From assembly GCA_038087875.1 (NCBI GenBank), contig CM075986.1:16864001-16928000 (forward strand): a DNA stretch of 64,000 bases, written 5' to 3'. Within the stretch, counting starts at the first letter, position 1. Every line of letters starts with the position of its first letter. Origin of the DNA: Malacoraja senta. Lineage: Eukaryota. The notes under the pieces were generated by a model. That model saw only the letters and a program-made list of their open reading frames with translations, did not search any database and was not told the DNA's origin. This document shows positions 51,206 to 64,000 of the stretch, one piece after another. The position numbers were made by a program, and so were the translations under genes.

Positions 51206-52637
51206 TGCTGGAGTGACTTAGTGGGTCGGGCAGCATCTGTGGTGAACATGGAATGAATGAATATGTTTATTGGCCAAGTATGTACACATACAAGGAAGTT
51301 GCCTTGGTGCTCCGCTCGCAAGTAACAACACGACATACAATAACAATTAAGAATGACATTAACATTAATAACACATTAATATGGACGTAACGTTCCGGGT
51401 CGGGACCCTTCTTCAGTGATTGTGGTGGTGGTGGGAGAAAGCTGGAAGGAGGGGATGGGACAAAGACAGGCGATAGAAGAGAGGCGAGAGAAGGGAAAGA
51501 GGGGTTCTGAGAAAGAAGAGCAAGAAGCTCTTGTGAGGAGATATGCAGGGGCAGGGGAGTAAAGGGGATACAGGAGAGGTTGTTAGGCAGATGGTTGGGC
51601 TAGGGATGAAAAGAAAAAAATGAGATAAGAGCAAATTGTGAATCCAGAGGAATATAGGTGTGTGCGTCGAGGTGGATCACAAGGAAAAGAATAGGCAGAG
51701 GGGAAAGAAATGGGGGGGGATGTTTGTAAGTTATTTACCTAAAATTGGACACTTCAGTGTTTATTCTGTTGGGGTATATGCTACTCAAGCAGAATATGAC
51801 GTGCTGTTCCCTCCAGTTTGTGTTTGGCCTCAATCTGGCAATGGTGGTGAGTGTGGGGAAGGGCAGAAAAAGTCTCAGTTCCCCGACACGGATTCTTCGC
51901 CATGTTCAGTGTTGTGACTTGGGACCCATCCCATCAATGTCAAAGGTCGCAAACTCAGATGTTTCTGCCGTTGTTGGTGTCATCGCTCCCCACCCTGGGA
52001 GAGGACGGCTCCGTCCCATGATAACATCATCGGCATCCACCTCCCCTCCTCCGGGTGTCCTGAACCGTGGCTTCTCCCCACCCCCGGCATTGACCACATA
52101 GCTGGAAGGGGACAGGAGGGAGAAGTCTGGCACTTTGGAATATAAACCTGGGTCTATGGAACATTAGTTGAAGCCCTTGCACCACTACTGTACCTGTAAT
52201 GCGTATCCTCCCCTACAAATGAAAAGGTTAACTTTACTGAGCCACACTCCCTACAGTACGATGCTACTGTGCAAAGATCTTAAAGGAACTTCAATCCAAG
52301 GGAAGACCTGGTGGCTGATTGCTGGAGTCTGAACCCAACAGATTTCACACTGGGAACACCTTCTTGGTTCCATTTCTATTAACAAAACAAGAGGTGACTA
52401 TGCTGCCAGTCCTTCCCACAGTTCCGGTTTTGAGTCTTTAGCTTCAGGAGAGCCAACACTTTCCAAGGATCTCTAGCCTTTCCAAGTATAGCATAATCCT
52501 ATCTCAAAGATCTTTTTCCAAAACCGTTCCTGCCTCTGAAGTTTGGTTTCAAAACATTAATCGGGGCTGGAGAAGATTAAGTACAGAAATCAAAGGATTG
52601 CAAACAAGGAAGCACACAGAATTATTTGTAAAACAAG

Positions 52638-52643
52638 TTTATT
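52638..52643 (-). promoter_or_regulatory. RNF113A polyadenylation signal
   Basis: AATAAA on - about 55 nt after the stop. Confidence 0.65.
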
Positions 52644-52696
52644 TTGCTGACCAAAAGTTGAAGCTTGGTCTATACTGTGCAGAGCGGTGGACAGTG

Positions 52697-52782
52697 TTAC
52701 TCCGTATGCTCCACTTCGGATTCTTCGTGGGAATGTTCTGGCATGCTCTCAGCGTTGTGCTTTTTCATTTTTGCCATGAGTT
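52697..52782 (-). CDS. RNF113A: RNF113A last coding exon
   Basis: ttgcag| then ELMAKMKKHNAESMPEHSHEESEVEHTE-stop (human ELIAKLEKH...). Confidence 0.9.
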
Positions 52783-52904
52783 CTGCAATGGATAGAAAAA
52801 AGTTGTATTAAAAGTCTCCCAAATAATCAATACAGGCACTGGACACATCAGAACATGAGAAGTAATGGCAGGAGTATCCTCCATTCATCAAGACCACAGC
52901 TGCA

Positions 52905-53680
52905 TAAAACTTTGTTTAGGCCGCATTTGCAGTATTGTCTGTAGTTTTCATTGCCTCATTACAGGGAGGATGTGGAGGTTTTGGAGAGAATACAGAAGAG
53001 GTTCACCAGGATGTTGGGTAGATTGGAGAGTATTAGCTGTAAGAAGGACATACTTGGATTCTTTCCTCTGGACCATGAGAGGGTGAGGGGCAACGTGATA
53101 GAGAATAATGAATGGAAACAGGTCTCCTCCCCCCCCCCACCCACAAACTCCTCCAAGATCCGAGGTTGGACAATATCCCTCTAAACCATTTCCATCCCTG
53201 TGCCTGTGTAATTATCTTTGCAAACAATGAGATTGTACTTGCCTCTACAGCTTCATTTGGCAGCATAATCTCCATACTCACCACACTGTGTGTAAAATGA
53301 ATCTACGCACTCTAGTTTTAGATTCTCCTACACTAGCAAAAAGACTGACCATTCACTTTATTTATGCCCCTCATGATTTTACATACCTCTATAAAGTCGC
53401 CATTCAGCCACCTACAAGCCAAGGAAAAAAGCCCCAGCCTATGGAACCTCTTATAACTCAACATCCTTTCTATAGCTGGGTGACAGAACTGTGCAGAGTA
53501 CTCTAAATGCAGCCTCACTGACGACTTGTACAGTTGTAACATGACATCTCAGATCATGTACTTAAAGAGTGCCAAACCTCTTTTTCACCACCCTGTCTAA
53601 TTGTGGCACCACTTTCATGGAAGTATGTACCTGCACCCCTCGGTCTCTCTGTTCTACAAAACTGTCCAGGGCCACTTTAT
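52905..53680. mobile_element. CR1 fragments in both orientations
   Basis: PHYREDVEVLERIQKRFTRML on +; LQLYKSSVRLHLEYSAQF on -. Confidence 0.75.
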
Positions 53681-54399
53681 TTCCAGAACAGCTGCATTGG
53701 TATTGGTTTATTAATGTCACATGTACTGAGGTGCAGTGAAAAAACATATATGATTACAAACAGGTAGTGCAGAAGAGAAAGGAAAGAGAATGCAGAACGT
53801 AGTGTATACCTCCTTCCGTCACCTTTTCTGGCAGCATAATCCAGTCACTCACCACTTGTCCCGCACATCTCCTTTAAACATACCTCCTCTTACCTTAATG
53901 CTACACCATTTAGTATTTGAAAGTTGTATTAATGCTATACCTCCCATCTACCTCATTGGAGACCTTTGAACTATCTTTAATCAGACTTCAATGTTATATC
54001 TTACACTAAATGTTGTACCTTTATCCTTACGTATGCACTGGGGACGACTTGATTGTATTCATGTGACTGTAACTGGATAGCACGCAAACAAAAGCTTTTC
54101 ACAGTATCTTGGTATACATGACAATAATAGTGAAGAAAACCTGCCGGTTGCATCTATATACACCAGTCTCACGTCAAGACATGTGACGTCATTGGTCTCT
54201 CCTGGGTCCCAGTAGGCTATGTGCTTTGCACAAAAGTGAAGGTTCACCACCACCATCTCAGTGAAAGTAAGAATAGGTGTGAATGCACTTAGTTGAACAA
54301 GTATGGAGAATGATGCTAAATAGTTAGGATTTTTTCCCCCAAAAAATGATTCTGGAGTTTTGGTGCTAAATGCCACTTTAAACAGGAAAGTAACTTTCA

Positions 54400-54540
<141 letters not shown>

Positions 54541-54635
54541 TCACGGAGAGCATGACATTTCTAAATTAACAACCACCAGATTTCTGGCTAAATAATATGA
54601 AGACCTTGTGGTCTTGTCCTGACAAAGTTACTCAC

Positions 54636-54729
54636 TTAGTCATCACTGGGTTGGTAAATGAGGTCCTGCAGATAAAACATTTAAAGGGCATGGCATCCTC
54701 ATCACTGCTCACTTCATAGTTCTCGTCAT
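54636..54729 (-). CDS. RNF113A: RNF113A exon, start of the RING domain
   Basis: ttgcag| ... aa|gtgagt, 94 bp; [31 protein letters not shown]. Confidence 0.95.
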
Positions 54730-55899
54730 CTGCAAAAGAAAACACACGATCGTGAGAAGCCACACAACTGTGTTGAAATTCCCCCAAAGTTGTTCATATT
54801 GGCTCTGATTAACAGAGTGGAACATCCGCTGAACATGGCAGCTGGTTAAACAAAACCAGTTACCAAAAAAAATCAGTTTGGCAGCTGCTCAAGTGAGTGT
54901 CAATTAATGTCAATTGAATCTTTATCAATTAATCAAAAGCTATTTCCCAGTTTAGACTAAACCTCCAAAAAACGGAGTAGATTTAAAAAAAATCAGTGAA
55001 AATTAAATGAATTTGAATATCTGCAGGTTATTAGAAAAAGTTAATATGGAAAACTAAAAATATCTTACAGCTCAGGAAAAATACTAGATCAGAATTCGCT
55101 CTTGCACCCAAGCTTAAGATTGTTTTTACTACTTTTAAGGAGATTAAAGTTGTTTTTTCTTGTAATTATAAGGGTGAGATGATAAAAGCTCATGCTGTAA
55201 ACTTGCTTTTATTTGCAGTGTGGAGCTGTAATTAATCTTTAACGATGCTCTGAGTATTCCGAGAACAAGCCAGTGCAAAGCTGTTCTGTCTCAGATTGAA
55301 AGATTCCTCTTTGTCACAGTACAAGGAAAATACATCATATAAATTTTGAACATGACTAACACAAGAAATGGAAGCACACCATATAAGCCTGCTTCACCAT
55401 TTATCACAGCTGATATTCCTATGTCAACTCAATTTTCCAGCACCACCCTTATATCCCTCAACTCCATAATTGCCAGAAATTTATTGAATTCAATTTATTG
55501 CATTTTTGTTATCTATATGTATTGTGTTTACAGGCCTGAAATGCTGCTCCAAGTAAGAACTACATTGTGCAGTGCATATGACTATTATACATTCTTGACT
55601 CCATTGATTCCTGCTTTTGAATGTACACAGTGACTGAGCATCCACAGTCTTCTGGGGTACAGATCTTCAAAGGTTCACCATCCTTTGAGAGAATACATTT
55701 CTCTTCATTTTTAGTCTTAAAAGGCCTAACCCTTTTTTTCAAACTGCACCACCTTTCCTAGATTTTTCACAGGAGAAATATCCTCCTTGCATCTAGCTTG
55801 TCAGATCCTTCAACAATTTTGTAGTGGCAAAGCCTGCTCTCACCTTTCTAAACTCTGAAGAATCCAATTCCAGTCTATTCAATCTCTTATACAAAAAAA

Positions 55900-57480
55900 C
55901 AGGTCAGTTTCACAAATGCAGATTGGGAGACCACTTTGAGGTGATCCCTTGTTCAGTGACAAATACTTGCAGGTAGATAGGATGTTGTTGTTATTTCAAC
56001 AACAAGGCTGTAGGGTTGCCAGGGATAGGAACTAAACATCCAAGGATACTTAATATTTACCAAGGGCAGGCAAAAAGGGAAAGGAAGTGGATGGTCTTGT
56101 TAGTAAAAAGAGGGAATCAAAACTATTGGCAGCTTTTGAGATCTAGTTATCCAAAAGTAGAGAACATAGCTTTAAGGTAAGGGATGAGACATTTAGAGTG
56201 GATGCGAGGATCTTTTTCACCCAGAGGATGGTTGGAATCTGGAACATGCTGCCTGTGACAATGGTGGAGATGGGTACTCTCAAAACATTTACAAAGTATC
56301 TTGACAAGTATTCGAGTTGCCAAAGCCCAGAGGCTGTGGACCAACTGCTTGTAAATGGGATTAGTGCACAGAAGTTAACGTGGATATTTGTGGGTTGAAG
56401 GCACCGTTTCTGTGGTTTATTACTCCTGATAGTCCTGATAGTCATTCTGTATGGGTGGAGCAAAGGAAAAGCAAAGGCCTGAAATATTAGTGATTTTATA
56501 TAGACCCCCCAAAGAGTAGTATTAAATATGAAACCAGAGATGCATGCAATAGAGGTACATCTATTATGGGTGATTTTAATCTACATATAGATTAGGCAAA
56601 CCAAATTAGCAATAATACTGCAGAAGAGGATTTTCTGGAGTGCCTTTGAGCTGGAAGAACCATTATGAAGTATCAATCAGCTAGCAGGTCACCCAAAACT
56701 GGGTACTTTGTGATTTAAAAACTTAATAAACAATGTTGTGTTGGGTCCTTGAGGAAGAATGACCATAACTTGATTGAATCTTTCACTAAGGTGGAAAGAG
56801 AGAGGGAATTGATTCCGAGACAATGGTCTTGGATTCCAAATAAAGGAAGCCATGAAGGTATGTGGCACGAGTTGGCTACGATAGATCAGGGAACATTACT
56901 GGAGCAGCAGTGGCAAAAGGTTTATGGATGAATCACAATTGCACGGTGCAAATAAAACAGTGAATTTCAACTTAACAATGAATTTCAAATGAAATTAGGA
57001 ATAGTATTAGATTCAAGGAGGAGAAATATAAAAAGGCCAGAAAAAGTCACAAACCTGAGGACTGGGAGTGTGTAGAAATCAGCAAAGGAAGACAAAATTA
57101 TTGATAAGAAAGGAGAAGATAGAACATGGAAGAAAGCCTACAGAGGTCACAGAATCTGACTGAAAAAAAAATTGATTGCTAAGTGAAGAGAAGATTAGTG
57201 AAGACAAATGTAGTCAGGCACAAGGGAATTTATTATTGGGAACAAAGAAATGGGAAAACAATTACATTCATACTTTGGTTCTGTCTTCAAAGGATGATAT
57301 AACAGCACCACCAGGAATGTTGAGGACGAGGGAGGAACTAGATGAAATCAGGAAAATGAAGGGATTGAATATTGATAAATCCCTGAGGCTTGATAGTCTG
57401 TAATTTGGAATATTTAAGGAAGTAAGCAGCAAAAGATACGATTGGTCGCATAGTAGGTTTGCAGATGACATGAACTTTGC
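55900..57480 (+). mobile_element. Decayed CR1 (endonuclease-to-RT region) with nested CR1 tail
   Basis: YRPP-like tatagacccccc, MGDFN (atgggtgattttaat), NDHNLI motifs. Confidence 0.65.
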
Positions 57481-57886
57481 GGCTCAATGGATCTACTTAT
57501 GCTCTTACTTTCTATGTCCGTGTCTATGACCAAACTTCTGGTGCTGTCGGTGCAGCGTTTGCACATTTTGCCTGTTACCATTTGTACTCCAACATCCCAA
57601 TGATGTGTGGTTTAGTAGGTTGATTGGATGCTGTAAAATGCCCTTATAGTGTTGATGAGTGATAAAATGAGTTGATGTTGAAGAGAATGTGGGGAGAATA
57701 AAATTGGGATTAATATAGGATTAATGAGTGGTTGTTGGCATGAACTCAGTGGAACAAAAGGCCTGTTTCCATGCTGAATCGTTATAGCATTCAGAATACG
57801 TTGCAGCCTTCATATTACTTAGTAGTTTAACAAGATGGGTGACGCTTTACAAATACATAGGACTAGATGTTAAAGTGCCAAATATC

Positions 57887-58794
<908 letters not shown>

Positions 58795-59386
58795 TTACTA
58801 CAGCCATGACTTGCATTTTACAACTGTTATAAGCCTCTATCTACCTTCATTAATCTACCAACTAGATGGCTTCATCGAACGTTTATTACCACGGCACCCT
58901 TTCTTTCTACACTATTTCCATTGTCCTATTACCCTTCCTTTTCTCTGAAGTCCTGACAAAGGGTCTTCAACCTGAAACATTAACTCTGTTTCTTTTTACA
59001 CAGCTGCTGCCTGACCTGTGAAGTATTTGTAGTTTTTTTATATTTTTGTCTCAGAAATCTAGCAACTGCAGTATTTTGATTTTCCTACTCGGAGGATTTG
59101 CCTTCTTTTCCAATTTGTCCTTGCTCTCAATGCTAGCTAAGGTGCAGGGATATCAATACTTGCAGTCCCTTGTCCAGTCCAAGCAGCACGTCAGAATTGA
59201 TTCTGTGCGCATCAAAACTACTCCTCACCCTCAAGCAACTTCCTATGCATGGTACTTCCAGGACATTGGAGAATTTAACCCTCGCTGAAAGTGAGCCCGA
59301 CAGTTTCAAACGAAAGATCGCCTTGGCTACGATCAGCTAGACCAGGGATCAGAGCTGATCGTAGCCTTGGTTCCGAGTTACGGTCA

Positions 59387-59987
<601 letters not shown>

Positions 59988-61827
59988 GTCATTAGAAAGC
60001 ATCTGATGCCCGCTTGAATCTTTCAAAAGCTACAATGTGATGAAAAAAATACTAAATAACGTGAGTGACCGTGAATGAGGGACTAACCTGCAAGCCAGCC
60101 AGGAAATCCGTTCGTCCGGAGCCCTAATAACCTGAACCGTTTAAATCCGATACCCGTTTAAATCTTTCCCATCCACCAATACATCCAATTAGTCCAAATG
60201 GTAATTGTACCCGCATCAGACAGTCAAAACACAATTGGTGACACATCGTGTTAATACGATGATAATAGTGACATTTAACAAGCGCTTAACAGTGACCGTT
60301 AACAGATCGTTTTCGTCTCAGAGGAATCAAGTGATAAACGACTCCAATCGCTCGAGTATTGTATGTCTGTGGAATGGTTGAGCACGGGGGGGGATTGTCC
60401 CCCACCTCTCAAAACATGGGGGTTTTGTTCTCTCAATGTGTGGATTGTTTTCTTGCTGACATTGATATTGTCTCTCGGCTCAAGTCATCATTCACTGCCC
60501 ATGAGGAACGGGCAGGGACGGCAAATGGATTTTTATACAACTGGAGAATGAGGAGCTGTATTAGGAAGTTTGTCAAAATCCAATCACATTCTCTAGTGCA
60601 AGGGGAATCATTCCTAACTTCTCCAGTCTATTTACATAACGAAACTCAAAATCCATCAACCCAAAATCAGTTTAGTAAAATGGCGGTGGCTGCATGTGTA
60701 ATATATGCAAAAGGACTTTCACTGAGCAGTTGCATGTGTGACAAATAAAGCGCCGTTGAACCACTGAAATCCCATCTGCACCCTCTCAAACATTTTGTCT
60801 CGCATGTTCCTGCAGGGTAGCAAGACCTAACACAATAATCCAGTTTTGGCAAACTAGTTTTTTTTAAATGACTTCAAGATCCGCTCTGCCTGTTTATTCA
60901 GACCAGCATCCCTGTGATTTTTTTTATACCATCTTTTCAACCTACTATGCTAGTTTCAACAAACCATTCACTTATAACTTAGCCCCACATCCTTCTGTCC
61001 CCTCAAGCTTCTTTTTTTAAACACGCATGTTTCAGCATTACGTTTCATCTGCCATCTAGATCCCCTTTCTGTCAGCATGCATCTCCTTGAAGTCTATTAC
61101 CTCAGCTTTCCTTACAGCAGCTCACTGTGCCTGAGCTCTGTGCCATTTGCCATCTAGAAATTGCACCTAGGCTTCCAAGGGTGCAGTACGAATATATATA
61201 AAGGAAAGCCCTAATACCAACCATAGGGTTGGCTCACTTCCTCTTAGCCAATAAACTACCTATTACTACTCTACATCCTGTCACTTAGTCAATTATCTAT
61301 CCAAGTTGCTGCAAATCCTTTCACTCTATGGCCGCAATCATTCCAGAATGCTATTAGGAAGTCCAGATAGATTGCATCAACTGACTTTTCTTATGAGCCC
61401 TTTACTAATTCATTATTAAATTATATCGTTGGTTAAGTCCGAAAAGATACCTGATTTTGCCACCTTGATCTACATGATCACAAGTCTAATACAAACAGAT
61501 CCCATAGCACCGCGGAAATTGTTTCCTGTCCAATGTTTGTCCTTCAACAAACAATTAAAAAAGATAACCTGTAAATGATTGCTTTGGTGGGACTTTGTTG
61601 TGTGCAATTGGTATCAACTCTTAGGCAACAACGAAGGCTGTCTATCGATACAGCAGGACATAGATCAGCTAAAAAGTTGGGCAGAGTGGTGGCAGATGGA
61701 ATTTAATCCAGGCATAAGTGCGAGGTTAAATTCTGGAGGACGATATAGAGCGCTGATGTACAGAGATTCCTTGGGGTGCACGAGGGCGGATAGGGTGGTG
61801 AACAAGGCATTGGGAAGCTTGCCTATA

Positions 61828-62091
61828 CAGTGCATTCATAACGTTTTCAGACCTCTTCACTTTTCCAAATTTTGTCACGTTATAGCCTTATTTTAAAATG
61901 GATTAAAAATTCATTTTTTTAAATCATCAATCTACACACAATACCTCAGAATAAAGAAGCAAAAACAGTTGTTTCGAAAATTTTGCAAAGTAATTTAAAA
62001 GAAATAACTGAAATATCACATTTACATAAGTATTCAGACCCTTTACTCAGTACTTTGTTGAGACACCTTTGGCAGCAATTACAGCCTCAAA
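61828..62091 (+). mobile_element. Tc1-like IR/DR terminal repeat fragment inside a CR1 copy
   Basis: TA|cagtgcattca...ttttcagacc (outer DR) and aagtattcagacc (inner DR) about 190 bp apart. Confidence 0.75.
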
Positions 62092-62379
62092 TTTAAAGGA
62101 GTTCTGTAGGGTATTTTTCCACATGGAGTGATGATATCTGGAACAAGTTGCCAGAGGAGATGGCGGAGGCAGATAGAAATACCTTTCAAAAGGCATTTGG
62201 GCAGGTACTTGAATTTGAAATGAGTCGGGGAATATGAGCCTAATGTGGGCAAATGGGATTAGCAAAGACAGGCATCACTGCAACATGCATGAGGTGAGAT
62301 AACTATTTCTGTGCCGTACAACGCCATGATTCTTCGTAAACTTTGGGATACCAGGAAGAGGAGCTGCTGTCTCACTCAC

Positions 62380-62489
62380 CTTACCATTCCCGAAGCTGCA
62401 TTTGCCATGGACGTGTCCTTGGGTTTGATATATTTGATATAGTTGTTTATACCGCGATAGATTTTCTCATCATCTTTCCCTTTCAGTTC
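62380..62489 (-). CDS. RNF113A: RNF113A internal exon
   Basis: tgcag| ... ag|gtgagt, 110 bp; [36 protein letters not shown]. Confidence 0.95.
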
Positions 62490-62877
62490 CTGCAAACACA
62501 AACAGAGCCTCACTCTTACACTTGAAGCAGAAATAAAGAGTGGTAGTGAAGGCAAATTGCACCTTCAATAAAAACCTCAGGTCAGGTGTATCTATACAAA
62601 ACATTATGGTACAGGTCCACCACCAATTTTCCAGCAACTGATGATCTGGTTACCTCCTTAGACAACAATAGACAATTGTTAGGAAGGTACACAGCATATG
62701 CACCTTCATTAATCAGTGCACTGAATACAGAAGAAGGGAGATTATGCTCCAACTTTATAAAACGTTGGTCAGACCTCAGCTGGAGTACTGTGTGCAGTTC
62801 AAGTCAGCAAGGTATAGGGGGTATGTAACAGTAGTGGTTTTCCCTCCATTCCTGATGCCACATTGCCGCCGGCTCAC

Positions 62878-62985
62878 CTCTTGGACCTTCTGGCTTCTTT
62901 CGAAGATAGCTTGCATATCTTTATCTTTCTCAGTGTCCAACTGATAGACAGCTGTTGCTCCCATGTCTTCTGGCCCCACAGGTTT
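62878..62985 (-). CDS. RNF113A: RNF113A (Cwc24) internal exon
   Basis: cctag| ... gag|gtgagc, 108 bp; [36 protein letters not shown]; upstream exons lie beyond the window. Confidence 0.95.
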
Positions 62986-63196
62986 CTAGGAAGCAGAGAT
63001 TGTACATTTAGTGCCACAGAGCCTTCCAACCAGATCATATCACAACAAAAGCACCACAAAAAGGGCAACACAAATAGTAGAGTCACTGTCTCACGGGGAC
63101 CTGGGTTCAATCCTGAACTTGGGAGCTATGTGGAGTTTGCATGTTTCCCCTGTGACCAAGTAGGTGCTCCCGTTTCCTCCTACATCCCAAAGACAA

Positions 63197-63861
63197 CCCC
63201 TTAATTTAGTTTATAATAGTCTTTGCAGATTTATTTTAAGGTGTCCATATACAACTCACCACTGTTCTATGTATGGAACTTTAAACTGGTTATCCCCCCA
63301 TGCTCGAAGATACTACCACTGGTTCCAGTTCATCTTTAAATGCATCCATCTTAATTACCCCTCTTATTTAAAACAAGACCTATTACCATACACACCCTCA
63401 TATTCACTAAGACATATTCAACAACCCTTCTTTTTCATTCCAAGAACTAACAAAGAAATTGGGAGACGTGCATTTAAATATAAAGCTCCTTTTGACTGGA
63501 ACACTCTGCCTAGTACCATAAGAACCATTAGTTCATTTCGTCTATTTAAAAATACACTTTTAACATTTCTCATAAAACCATGTACCTGTTTCTAGTATTA
63601 GAGTATTGCATAGCGACTAACATTATGCTGTAATACATAACTTTTGTTATTATTGGATTTAAGTTAATTAACAATTGTTATAAACTATAACAAGTGGGGA
63701 TGGAGGGGTTTTGGGTTTGGTGTGTGGGTAGGTGGGTCGATGAGAGCCTTTATGTATGTTATGTCTTGTGCTGTATGTTCTATGTTGGACCCCCTCGAAA
63801 ACGAGATGACTGTCCATCTCAAGGGGTTATCCATAAATAAACTTGTTGAAACTTGTTGAAA
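63197..63861 (+). mobile_element. LINE 3' end (L2/Crack-like) inserted in a V-SINE
   Basis: Open ORF2 C-terminus (HCSMYGTLNW...GRRAFKYKAPFDWNTLP), terminal stem-loop and (aacttgttga)2 tail; the SINE resumes as cccaaagac|atgtagattggtagg. Confidence 0.8.
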
Positions 63862-64000
63862 CATGTAGATTGGTAGGTTAATTGGTGGCTGTAAATACCC
63901 TGATTGTGTCAGTGAGGAGTAGAATATGGGAGCAGTTCATGAGAGTGTGGTGAAAATAAAATAGGATTAGTGTATGATCGGTGCATTGGTGGTTGAGGAT

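Noticed and set aside
60359-60748. 129-aa ORF and a YY1-like AAAATGGCGG in an RNF113A intron
   Set aside because: No recognisable homology, splice structure or CpG island; the motif alone is not informative

Overview
Eukaryotic, intron-rich vertebrate DNA. The repeat content (CR1/HER1-like LINEs, HE1/V-SINE-like tRNA SINEs, abundant Penelope-derived repeats) suggests a cartilaginous fish, probably a skate or ray; this is an inference. Three spliced genes were reconstructed by hand. (1) CDC27/APC3 on +: 17 coding exons from 2889 to 43282, equivalent to human exons 3-19; its 5' end lies outside the window. (2) A complete 4-exon NDUFA3 on - (49124 to 45871, 86 aa), which the ORF track barely shows. 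(3) The last 7 coding exons of an intron-containing RNF113A/Cwc24 on - (62985 to 52697). All exon phases join in frame, and two introns need GC donors. The most notable items are: a 43-bp minisatellite of Sp1 and CRE-like motifs starting 15 bp upstream of the NDUFA3 ATG; hammerhead-ribozyme-like cores in Penelope repeats; a multi-layer transposon nest containing a 39-bp palindromic mini-element; an altered CDC27 C-terminal BRCT-binding motif; and a pre-miRNA-like intronic hairpin. There is no CRISPR or other prokaryotic system. Gene identities and comparisons with human rest on recalled sequences, not database searches, and repeat boundaries are approximate unless a TSD is given.
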